A stretch of DNA of 64,000 bases from assembly GCA_016198685.1 (NCBI GenBank), contig JACQID010000008.1, positions 64,001 through 128,000 on the forward strand, given 5' to 3'. The notes beneath the pieces are model-generated. The model ran no database searches and had not been told where the DNA came from. It saw only the letters and a list, made by a program, of their open reading frames with translations. This DNA comes from Candidatus Aenigmatarchaeota archaeon. Lineage in GTDB: Archaea; Aenigmatarchaeota; Aenigmatarchaeia; GW2011-AR5. Of this stretch, positions 56,401 through 64,000 are shown piece by piece. Position 1 is the first letter of the stretch. Every line of letters begins with the position of its first letter. A program made the position numbers and the translations under genes.

Positions 56401-57040
56401 GTCGGTTGCCAGGGTCGGTTCTCTTCTGCATTCTTGGCGTTGTGAGGTCTTCTTTGAGGAAAATTGCAATTTCTCCCGGCTGGTCGCCTTCCGTCACTTC
56501 GAACGGTTCAACACCTGTAAGCCAGCGCACGTCAAACATTTTTTTAGCGATAACGTTGAAGTCCCCCCGCCTTCCGCAGCCGCTTTCGGTGTAAGGCGGC
56601 CCGCAGATCGCAGGCTTCTGCACGATATTAGAGTCCTGTTTCATTGACATCTTAGTGTCGCATTCCGGGCACTGAAAGACAACTTCATATATCTGGGGCT
56701 TGACTTCTGTTGCAGACTTCACAACAGCGTCTATGCACCACAATTTGTCCATGTGCTTGGAGCGCAAATTCCTTATCCTGACCATCCTGCGTTCAGGTAT
56801 TGCGCGTATGCGGATGTTGACGTCTGCTTCCGGAACGATCCGTTTCGCAGCTTCAGCAAAGCCATCAAGGACCTCATTCGGAGCTTCAAGGAGCATATCT
56901 GCCGTTATCGGGTCGTACCTGTCAAAATCGTTGAAATCTATGGCGAGGGCGGATTCATTGTTCGCGGCCCTTTGCAACTCAGAGTTGTATCTCTCATAGA
57001 GGAATTCGTAAAGCTTGGAAACCGTGTCCTCGGAGGCCAT
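53432..57040 (-). CDS. mcm: MCM replicative helicase containing an intein
   Basis: Zn finger, HILLTGDPGVGKS, GLTA, IDEFDKM, AGANP, LLSRFDL, RQYEALLRLAEA. Confidence 0.97.
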   Translation of the reverse strand: MASEDTVSKLYEFLYERYNSELQRAANNESALAIDFNDFDRYDPITADMLLEAPNEVLDGFAEAAKRIVPEADVNIRIRAIPERRMVRIRNLRSKHMDKLWCIDAVVKSATEVKPQIYEVVFQCPECDTKMSMKQDSNIVQKPAICGPPYTESGCGRRGDFNVIAKKMFDVRWLTGVEPFEVTEGDQPGEIAIFLKEDLTTPRMQKRTDPGNRLKIVGILKEVPKRIKGKLSTKMDMMMEALHVEFSEMEFDDVEITKEDEMMIKAMAADPKIYEKLVASIAPGIYGFAEIKEAIALQLFGGVAHKLPDGSHIRGNIHILLTGDPGVGKSIMLKFVSDIMPRGRYVSGSGATGAGLTASVRKDEIMGGWLLEAGALILTNKSVISIDEFDKMGKDDQIAMHEAMSVESYHGDTEITLATGEHIKIRDLVERMLEENSSRIKKGDDCLFAEVNGPEILVTDFVDIKKARTFRVSKHAAPEHFYRIILENGREVTVTPRHPFFVFNGKTFITRPSEQLQSGEFVPIPKCLPIEGEEQKVIVKLSKNNHYNAKHINIPNHNSPEMCKFLGYLISEGSHEVNRGKNCGISFTNSNELLLKDFESITQNLFGLAPYVHKKKGRTMLRYVSMELADYINSIEPRLLMNSYKKKIPALFMKCKKADIAIMLRALFDGDGGICQGSGFYIVYTTASKDLGIQISDLLLRFGITTSIRKSRSVHDIYRIIITGEENLRKFESSIGFSDAAKNQKILEYAGNRTLRRHYSETLPLGNTMRTLLRSLGLSEKTVFGYTLTEYGEKFAFTTDKISRIIPLLEKRLEELKLAKRRLSDFANTEDLKSLRKHFGISLFQIAEKTGRSHQSISLWERGETCPEFVESYRKALLQIIDGIITNERDVHMLKNIAHGEVALCRIKKIEKIRDQTEEWSYDISVPGEVFVSHGMVLHNTISIAKASIVATLPAQTAVLAGANPKLGRFDPYMPIVDQIQISETLLSRFDLKFALRDKPDRNLDERLAEHITMSRITPEVVEPVIDAHTLRKYIAYAKQKITSVVLSKDAADTLKKFYVEMRNPGDNENNTVSITLRQYEALLRLAEASAKVRLDNKVLPEDAERSIRLMKYSLSQLGYDYDTGKFDIDMMESGVTSNKRRKIVIITDIISTFDKRGGEISIEDLKAAAEEQGVENADEIIERLKSQGTLFEPRPGFIKKT
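54221..55819 (-). mobile_element. Intein (533 aa) with LAGLIDADG homing endonuclease and extra HTH
   Basis: Begins SYHGDTEI, block B VTPRHPFF, FLGYLISEG and LRALFDGDG, ends VLHN before extein TISIAKA. Confidence 0.93.
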
Positions 57041-57107
57041 GCTATAATAATCAATGAAAAATTTTTATACGGCGTTCCACGGGAAGGAGAGGTTATTGAT
57101 TTATATG

Positions 57108-60100
57108 TCATGGCGTTGTGTCGATAAGATCTATGACAAAGTCTTGCGTCTGTCCTGCCGTGACGACGCAATCTTCAACGGTTCCTGTATATGCAGGATC
57201 TTTACATTGCGAATGATCGCTGGGCCATGACCTACCAGAAGATCCGACATAAGCGGCTACCATGTATTTTCCTTTATTTAAGCTGCTCATCGTGTATCCA
57301 ACAGTTTGATCTTTATTGGTCGGAAGCTTTTCTGGGACTTCCAGTATTGCAGGCTCAACTTTGGTGTATCCCAATGAGGGGTCATCCTGGCTCACGAGAG
57401 TTTCTATATACACCCTTATATTGTCATATGTGCGGCCATTTGCGTTTATCCTGACAGTACCGCTTATTGTTCCCGAAGGCACCGTTGTTGTAGCCAAGGT
57501 TTCTGCTGGAGCTGGTGTGCGTGTTCCTGTAATGAAATTCAATAGTGTACACGCGGGTCCAAAAGTGCATTCCGATTCTTGTTTCATGCTCGCAGGACCT
57601 TGCGCCGCCCCTTCAGGTGAGCTTGTGGCGCACATGCCGGTGCCGACGTCGCACCCGAATTGGCACGTTTCGGAGAGTTCCGTGCCACAACTGGGCATCC
57701 TGTACCAGCTTTCCCTGCCGTTGTTGGTGCAGTAATATGATGCTTGGCAGTTACTCATCGTTTCGCCCGCACTTGCAACAGTCTGCGAGCCGCCGATTCT
57801 CGTGCCATAGTGGCATGTGTTCTTTTCACAGACGAGCCCCGCAACGCAGTCCGTGTCTATGGCGCATGCGGCACCATATTCTCCTTGACCAAGCGGTATC
57901 TGTTTCACTTCACCGCTCGGAATCAATACCACTTTCTGGAGCGAACCAAGAAAGTTGCTAATGCCGCATCCGAAATCGCAGGCTATGTCTGAGCTGGGTG
58001 ATGCGGCGCCAGTATTGGCGATTGTGGTTGTCGTGGAGGCGGTCGCAGCAGAAGTTATATCGGTAACTGGAACTGTTGTCGTAGTGGATGAAGCGCTCGC
58101 TCCGTCAGCCGTCACAGGCTCATAGTGGCATCCGAAGACAAGGAAGGCACATACTTTCCTGCTGGGTAACCATGTCACTTCAACGGAGTCTGTGGCGATT
58201 GTGTTGCCGCTGGACGCGTCTTTGACAAAAGCGTAATAACGCATTGTCCCGTAGGAATGTTGAGTCATAGATATGGAACATGTGGTCTGGCGGCATGCTA
58301 TAAGATCCCGTGGATCGGTCGCGGCTGTGGTGAGGTCCTGAATCATGATATAGCTCTGGGAAAGCGTCTTGCTGCCATCGGACAGGGTTGCCGTGGCCGT
58401 AAGAACTACCGGATTGCCAGTAAGGGGGATTGAATTGTCTGCAGTAAGTCTGAAAGACGTTATGCCTGCCCTGGCACCCTCCTGCGTCACGGTTCGCTTC
58501 TCTATCATTGAAGGGGTGACATCAACTTCGATGACGGCTATTTCGGCTTCTATACCGAGTTTCTGTGCCTTGGCAAGCATATAGCAAGTTGTGCCTGCCG
58601 GGCATTTGCTCTCGTCTATAGTTATTGGCATGACGCAGTCTCTTGGGATAGGATTGAGACTGTCGAAAGAGCGCGAAGCTCCTGCGCCGCCGCCGAATAA
58701 GGAATTAAATTTACTTTCCTTGAATATGTGCGGACCATTGAGCAAGAGCCTTATTAGCTCGCTAAATGCGCTGTCGGATTGTGAAATCAGGGCATAAGAG
58801 CATGAGTCTGCTGTATTTTCCTGGACGAATACCTGTCCACCTGTCTGTATATTCATGAGCCTTGGGGTGATTTCGTTTATTATTACGGGCGTATCCTGCG
58901 GGATTGTAGTTGTCGTGGATACCCTGCCGGCAACCGGCGGCAGTTCGTTGCGCGGCATCGTGGTGGTGGTTGAAGACGCCGTAGTCGACGAATAGTCGTT
59001 GCCCCACATCACGGCGGACACCTCCTTGCTCTGGGCGACTGTCGTGCCCACCGCATTAAGAACGGCAGTATAAAATCTTCTTGTTGCCGGCGTTGAGGAA
59101 TAGGCAATTGTAGTGCAAGTCTTGCTTGAGCATTCTGTTATTGTCTTGCAATTCGGCGAATCGGCCGTCACGCAAGGGGTTTCTCCGGAAGTTATTTCGT
59201 ATATTCTTACTTTGTATCCTTCAGGAAGTTGCGATAAATATGACGTTACTATCCCGTTTATAGTTATGGTGCTGCCTACCGCCAAGTTTGAGCGCAAAGG
59301 CGCAATGCCTACCGAGGTTATTTCGAGATAAGTCGTTGGCGGAACCGCAGAATCCAAAGGTTTGTCCGTTGTAGTCGTTGCCGTGGTGTATGGCTTGCAT
59401 GCATTGGCTTCGCATCCGTATGAGCATGATTGCCATTTTATTGTTGAGCAGTCAGCGTATCGGTAGCGGCGTTCGCTGCCGCTGCAGTAATAGCCTGCAG
59501 TGCATGTTGCAGGCGTTGTTGCGGTTGTGACTGTGATAGTTTTTGATGTCCCGGTCACCTTTCCTGTGTCGTCGTGGACATAAACATAATAGTTATATGC
59601 TCCGGGTGCCGTTTCGGTCACATGCCATGACGTTGAGCATGATGTTTGGGTTCCCTCACACAAGTAAGATTCTGCCAAGCGGCCGCTTATCTCGATCTTG
59701 GCCACATCCTTGTCATCAGTGCCGATGCCAACAAGCGTGAATGGCTTGCCCGCCTCGGCAGTCGATGGCGCAACTATCGTTGCTTTTGGCGGCTGGTTTG
59801 TTGCCGATGCTATCGTTGTGGTCGTGCTCCTCGTGCCGACTATGCAAATAAGTTCATCCTCATCGCAGATGAGGCCAGATGTGCATTGAGAATCCGACGT
59901 GCATGTTGAGCCCCATGTTCCCTTCGTTATTGTCGTGGTCGTGATGGTCTTGTAAACGCAGTTCCCGCCCTCGCGGTCCACTATCTCGCAGCGCAAGCCA
60001 GATGTGCATTGCGCGTCTGACGTGCAGAATGTTCCCCATCCTCCTGAGATCGTGGTCGTCGTGGTCGCAGGCTTTGACGGGGCGACAGATGCGCATATGC

Positions 60101-61031
60101 TTGAGCTTGTGACCCAGTCAAGACCGCTGCTTGTTCGGTCTTCAGATTGGGAAGAAGAACGCGGTATTCCTGCGCTGAGGCATTTCTGTTGCGTTGCCGA
60201 CCAGCCGCAAAGGGAATATATCGTGCAACCCGCGCAGGTCGTCGCCCGCGCGGCGCATTCATTGTTTCTCACTGTAACAGAACTTGGGACTGTTGTTGTC
60301 GTTGTTGTGGGCCCTGTCGATGAAACAGTTATGCTTATGGAAGAAGATGCAGTTTTGCCCGAAGTATCATCAACAAATCCGAGTACTGTGGTCGTGCCTA
60401 GCGGGAATTCAAGCTGGCTGAACTCGACCCTGCAAGAAGTCTGTATTCCTGAGCAATCGTAATCTTCAGAATGACCGTTATATAGAATCGAGAGACTGGC
60501 GATATCCCTGTCATCATTCCCTACTATGGTGATTGACCCCTTTTCGCCGACCGTCAACATTGTTTTTGCCGCGTACATGGAGATTGTAGGCTTGGCGCTA
60601 TCGGCTATTGTGGTTGCTGTAGGGCTTGGTTTGCATGTTCCTGCCGCGGCATCGCAGCCATAAGTGCAATATTGATCAAAAATTTGCGAGCAATCTGAAT
60701 TCTTCTTATATCGGTCATATCCATTCAAGCTACATACATATCCCGGGGTGCATGTTGTGGCCGTGTCAGGCTTTACGCAATATTTGATTTCGCTGCCGTC
60801 ACCCACATCTTTGCATATCATTTTGATGCCAGAACCGGATATTGTTGTAGTGTAACCACATTCAGCATCGCCGTCACATTTGTAAGCGTACGGCTTTGTG
60901 CATGTATCAACTTTCCCATCGGCGACATTTCCGCAGGGATCGACTGCTGCAAAGGATGGGGAAAATATAACAGCAATCAGAAGGAATGCCGCAAAAAATG
61001 CGATTTGAAGAAACTTTCGGGTAAATCGCAT
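57108..61031 (-). CDS. Giant secreted Cys/Thr-rich modular protein (adhesin candidate)
   Basis: Signal peptide; repeated Cys modules, Ig-like repeats, poly-Thr linkers; 1307 aa. Confidence 0.8.
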   Translation of the reverse strand: MRFTRKFLQIAFFAAFLLIAVIFSPSFAAVDPCGNVADGKVDTCTKPYAYKCDGDAECGYTTTISGSGIKMICKDVGDGSEIKYCVKPDTATTCTPGYVCSLNGYDRYKKNSDCSQIFDQYCTYGCDAAAGTCKPSPTATTIADSAKPTISMYAAKTMLTVGEKGSITIVGNDDRDIASLSILYNGHSEDYDCSGIQTSCRVEFSQLEFPLGTTTVLGFVDDTSGKTASSSISITVSSTGPTTTTTTVPSSVTVRNNECAARATTCAGCTIYSLCGWSATQQKCLSAGIPRSSSQSEDRTSSGLDWVTSSSICASVAPSKPATTTTTISGGWGTFCTSDAQCTSGLRCEIVDREGGNCVYKTITTTTITKGTWGSTCTSDSQCTSGLICDEDELICIVGTRSTTTTIASATNQPPKATIVAPSTAEAGKPFTLVGIGTDDKDVAKIEISGRLAESYLCEGTQTSCSTSWHVTETAPGAYNYYVYVHDDTGKVTGTSKTITVTTATTPATCTAGYYCSGSERRYRYADCSTIKWQSCSYGCEANACKPYTTATTTTDKPLDSAVPPTTYLEITSVGIAPLRSNLAVGSTITINGIVTSYLSQLPEGYKVRIYEITSGETPCVTADSPNCKTITECSSKTCTTIAYSSTPATRRFYTAVLNAVGTTVAQSKEVSAVMWGNDYSSTTASSTTTTMPRNELPPVAGRVSTTTTIPQDTPVIINEITPRLMNIQTGGQVFVQENTADSCSYALISQSDSAFSELIRLLLNGPHIFKESKFNSLFGGGAGASRSFDSLNPIPRDCVMPITIDESKCPAGTTCYMLAKAQKLGIEAEIAVIEVDVTPSMIEKRTVTQEGARAGITSFRLTADNSIPLTGNPVVLTATATLSDGSKTLSQSYIMIQDLTTAATDPRDLIACRQTTCSISMTQHSYGTMRYYAFVKDASSGNTIATDSVEVTWLPSRKVCAFLVFGCHYEPVTADGASASSTTTTVPVTDITSAATASTTTTIANTGAASPSSDIACDFGCGISNFLGSLQKVVLIPSGEVKQIPLGQGEYGAACAIDTDCVAGLVCEKNTCHYGTRIGGSQTVASAGETMSNCQASYYCTNNGRESWYRMPSCGTELSETCQFGCDVGTGMCATSSPEGAAQGPASMKQESECTFGPACTLLNFITGTRTPAPAETLATTTVPSGTISGTVRINANGRTYDNIRVYIETLVSQDDPSLGYTKVEPAILEVPEKLPTNKDQTVGYTMSSLNKGKYMVAAYVGSSGRSWPSDHSQCKDPAYTGTVEDCVVTAGQTQDFVIDLIDTTP

Positions 61032-61062
61032 GCGTAATAATGCATGAGGCTGAATAAATAGC

Positions 61063-61617
61063 TTATTTAGGTAATTTGACTTTCAAATCCCTAAGTTTCT
61101 TCTCAAGCTTGTCAACCGCGTCCTTGACCTGAGTCAGGCTCTTTGCGCCTGCGCATACGACGCGGCCGGAAGAGAAGAGCAGGAACGCTACCTTGGGGTC
61201 AGGTATTCTATAAACAAGTCCCGGGAACTGCTCAGGCTCATATTCACTGTCCTCAAGCTGGAACGCCAGTTGATCTAAGTTCAACTCTGCGCCTAAATCA
61301 ATGGCAACAACGATATTTTCTATTTTGACCTTCAATTTTGTTTCGTCAACACGCAAGCCTATCTTCTTTATCTTGCCAACGACAATCTGAAGCGCCTCTT
61401 TCGCGGCATTGGTGCTTCTTGCGCCTACGCAGATGATTTTGCCGGATCGGAAAATAAGAGTGGCAACTTTAGGGTTGTCCAAGCGATATACAAGTCCCGG
61501 GAACTGCTCAGGCTCATATTCAGACGCTTCCATTATGGTCAAAAGCTTGTCAAGGGAAATTATTTTATCTATCTGGGTAGAAGCCACTACGTTTTCAACT
61601 TTTATTTTTACAGCCAT
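61063..61617 (-). CDS. tbp: TATA-box-binding protein
   Basis: ENVVAS / ENIVVA repeats, YEPEQFPGLVYR twice, LIFRSGK. Confidence 0.97.
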   Translation of the reverse strand: MAVKIKVENVVASTQIDKIISLDKLLTIMEASEYEPEQFPGLVYRLDNPKVATLIFRSGKIICVGARSTNAAKEALQIVVGKIKKIGLRVDETKLKVKIENIVVAIDLGAELNLDQLAFQLEDSEYEPEQFPGLVYRIPDPKVAFLLFSSGRVVCAGAKSLTQVKDAVDKLEKKLRDLKVKLPK

Positions 61618-61687
61618 GATATCCCCAGAATTTTGTGCATTATGCACAATATTACTTTTTATATGGTATGAAGTATTTAAATACTAA

Positions 61688-62071
61688 ATGCTGTACAGAA
61701 ATATTTTTCGTGTAACAATGCCTGCAGGCATGAGCCATGTTGACATTACGGATCATATCAATGAAGCAATAATTCAGTCCGGAATACAGGACGGCCTCTG
61801 CTCTATATTTGTTTCATCTCCTGTCTGTGGCATGATGGTAGGTGAAGCACACAGGCTGCTCATGGAAGACTTCAAAAATTTCTTCCGCATTGTTGATGAA
61901 AAAAAGATATACGCATATCCAAGCAATGCGCATTCGAGGATACGGGCATCAATGCTGCCGCGAGATGTCAATGTTCCCGTTTCCTCAGGAAAGCTTTCTG
62001 CAAGCGGCGTAAGCTTATGGGAATTTGGAGAAGGAGGAGAGCGCGAAATTGTGGTAACTATTTCATTTTAG
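61688..62071 (+). CDS. YjbQ/UPF0047 family protein
   Basis: DITDHI, SGIQDG, NAHSRIRASML. Confidence 0.8.
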   Translation: MLYRNIFRVTMPAGMSHVDITDHINEAIIQSGIQDGLCSIFVSSPVCGMMVGEAHRLLMEDFKNFFRIVDEKKIYAYPSNAHSRIRASMLPRDVNVPVSSGKLSASGVSLWEFGEGGEREIVVTISF

Positions 62072-62615
62072 AAGAAAACCATCGCGCAAATTTTCTGGCG
62101 GCCATAGCCCTGTGAGATATTTTATTCTTCTCTTCTGCGGACATACAAGAAACAGGTTCCTCCTTTCCTTCGGGAACGAAAATTCTCTCATATGGCAGGT
62201 CTTTTCTGGCATCAGGGCCGGGATTTTCAAGTATGGATCCTTTCATTTCTCCCTGAAACAATTTCATTTCAGAGCCGTCGTTATAGCATATCACGGTACG
62301 GAATGCCGCCTCCCGCGATTTTCCTTTGAGCGCCTTCATGATGCCGTCAAAGCCTAATTCCTGAAAAACCCGTTTTGCCTTATGGCCGGGAAAATTATGA
62401 CATGATGTAAAGAATATGCCGGTGTCATCGACTATAAGCGGCTTTTTTATGCTCTTGTATGCCTCTCGCGCCTTCAGGCGGGCTATCTCTTCCAATGACA
62501 CTCCTTCCTCATTAACATCCAAACTGAATTGCTCATACTCTATGTTGTATTCACTCAAAATAGAAGATATCTCGGAGTACTTGTCGTTGTTGCCGGTTAC
62601 TATGAATATTTTCAT
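62058..62615 (-). CDS. rdgB: Non-canonical purine NTP pyrophosphatase (RdgB/HAM1)
   Basis: VTGNNDK, IVDDTGI, FPG, KNKISHRAMA. Confidence 0.92.
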   Translation of the reverse strand: MKIFIVTGNNDKYSEISSILSEYNIEYEQFSLDVNEEGVSLEEIARLKAREAYKSIKKPLIVDDTGIFFTSCHNFPGHKAKRVFQELGFDGIMKALKGKSREAAFRTVICYNDGSEMKLFQGEMKGSILENPGPDARKDLPYERIFVPEGKEEPVSCMSAEEKNKISHRAMAARKFARWFSSKMK

Positions 62616-63472
62616 GAATTGTCCCGTCTTATGGCTTCGGCAATCAGGCTTCCTGTGGGTATTACAGAAAGCGCCGAATCAACCGTATCGCATGCAAAGA
62701 AACCATCAGCTTCCTTCGATACGTTGAATATTCCTCTTTGCGTTATAGGATGCACAACCGCGCATTGTATGCGGCGGGCGCCTGCTTCTCTTGCAAGACG
62801 AAGCGCATTAAGCATAGTTTTTCCTGAGCTTACAATATCATCAACTATTATGACCTCGCGGCCCCGTGCATCAAGACCGCCCGCATCTGTCGTGATTTCG
62901 CCGGTTCCCCTGTCCCTTGTTTTTCTCATGACAGCAACATCGCCCTCTATTTCACGGGCAACAGTCTGTGCGCCGCGGGCGGCCTTCTCATCCGGCGCTA
63001 TGACGAGGGCGCCTTTAGCTCCTGCCGAAAAGAAATATTTGCCTATTGCGACAAAGCCATCGATATTCTTTACAGCTCCAAAATCATTGGACGTGTGGCT
63101 TTCTACTACATATATTTTTCCGGCTCCTGCGTGCCTGAGGAATTCAATCATGTATTTAGCCGAGAAAGGCTCACCTTTTCTGAATGCCTTATCCTGCCTG
63201 CTATAGACAAAATATGGCATGACGACGTCTACTGTTTCTGCACCCATATCCTTAAGGGTCTTTATTTCCAAAAAAAGCTCAATAATATAGGCATTAGGAT
63301 CAACAGGCACTTTCATCCGTTCGACAAGCAAGACTTTGCCCGAAAATTCGGTTTTCAGAAACCTTGGTCTGACCTCAAAATCTGGAAAGACGGTTTTTTC
63401 TATAGAGACAAATTCACAATTAAGTAATGTGGCGATGGTCTCAGCAAAACTATCTGAGCCGCAGACCTGCAT
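62612..63472 (-). CDS. prs: Ribose-phosphate pyrophosphokinase
   Basis: PYFVYSRQDK, IAPDEKA, IIVDDIVSSGKT, VHP. Confidence 0.92.
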   Translation of the reverse strand: MQVCGSDSFAETIATLLNCEFVSIEKTVFPDFEVRPRFLKTEFSGKVLLVERMKVPVDPNAYIIELFLEIKTLKDMGAETVDVVMPYFVYSRQDKAFRKGEPFSAKYMIEFLRHAGAGKIYVVESHTSNDFGAVKNIDGFVAIGKYFFSAGAKGALVIAPDEKAARGAQTVAREIEGDVAVMRKTRDRGTGEITTDAGGLDARGREVIIVDDIVSSGKTMLNALRLAREAGARRIQCAVVHPITQRGIFNVSKEADGFFACDTVDSALSVIPTGSLIAEAIRRDNS

Positions 63473-63473
63473 A

Positions 63474-63632
63474 CTAAGGACCCTTAAAACCGCATTTCGT
63501 GCACGCGTACTCGCTGTTTCTTCTCCTGCATTTTATGCACCTAACAATTTCCTCTTCCATGCAGGATGGGCAAGGAAAACGGGTAAACTTGTCTTCCGAG
63601 ACCAAATTTATGTGGCACGATACGCATTTCAT
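63474..63632 (-). CDS. Zinc-finger protein (HVO_2753/DUF1610-like)
   Basis: CVSC...FPCPSC...IVRCIKCRR...YACTKCGFKGP. Confidence 0.9.
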   Translation of the reverse strand: MKCVSCHINLVSEDKFTRFPCPSCMEEEIVRCIKCRRRNSEYACTKCGFKGP

Positions 63633-63837
63633 GACTATCAGAACATAGATGAAGATAATCTTTTTATAGTTAACCAAATTTACCTGCAATTTTATCTTCA
63701 TTAACTATAGAATGATGGCATTCTATGGCATGACATTTAGATATCTTACATGTCCATGCTGTGTATGTAAAAGGCGTTAAAACGCTTAAACTATATGTTT
63801 TTCAGTATAAAAGATTGTAATAGCCTTAATTATACAC

Positions 63838-63968
63838 GCCCTTGTAGTCTAGCTTGGATAGGACGAGAGCTTGCGGAATGCCCGTGACCCATAATTATGG
63901 ATTGCAACTCGCGAAGTGAGGGGCATTGCGAATAGCTTTAGACCCGGGTTCGAATCCCGGCGGGGGCA
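63838..63968 (+). tRNA. tRNA-Arg(GCG) with 57-nt canonical intron (63877..63933)
   Basis: Acceptor GCCCTTG/CGGGGGC, AGAGC-TT-GCG-G|A-GCTTT; BHB with TTGC/GCGA helix, GGA/ATA bulges and ATGCCC/GGGCAT inner stem. Confidence 0.93.
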
Positions 63969-64000
63969 TGATTATGAAATCTCTTAATGGCGGGATAATA

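Noticed and set aside
1079-63704. Numerous antisense and alternate-frame ORFs in the track (e.g. 2774..3313, 25019..25609, 56147..56647)
   Set aside because: They overlap well-supported genes and show no motifs; shadow ORFs
1-64000. Integrase, transposase, rRNA or provirus
   Set aside because: No such motifs recognised; the only clear mobile element is the MCM intein

Overview
Archaeal chromosomal segment, most likely from a DPANN lineage. An Aenigmarchaeota-like origin is my inference from compact gene spacing, short ileS and eL43, pelota, PINA, aCPSF1, SepF and TATA boxes about 25 nt before many start codons. Housekeeping genes include ileS, hisS, proS, psmB-aCPSF1-rpl37ae-rpoP-pfdB, cca, split Hef, RPA, intein-containing MCM, tbp, prs and rdgB. 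They alternate with accessory blocks: TA modules, two Fic genes, a racemase and ORFans. Nine tRNA genes were read by eye. Seven carry a total of 10 bulge-helix-bulge (BHB) introns, five at non-canonical sites, and tRNA-Leu(CAA) has three introns. The most striking uncharacterised system is at about 23.2-34.3 kb. It holds five paralogous Ig/CARDB-like surface proteins: four lipobox lipoproteins plus a 1097-aa polytopic membrane protein carrying the same domain. A PsbP-like lipoprotein and a DUF63 gene (candidate lipoprotein lipid ligase, sharing a 33-bp divergent promoter) lie in the same block. A 1307-aa Cys/Thr-rich modular secreted protein is a second host-interaction candidate. All calls are by eye; no database searches were run.
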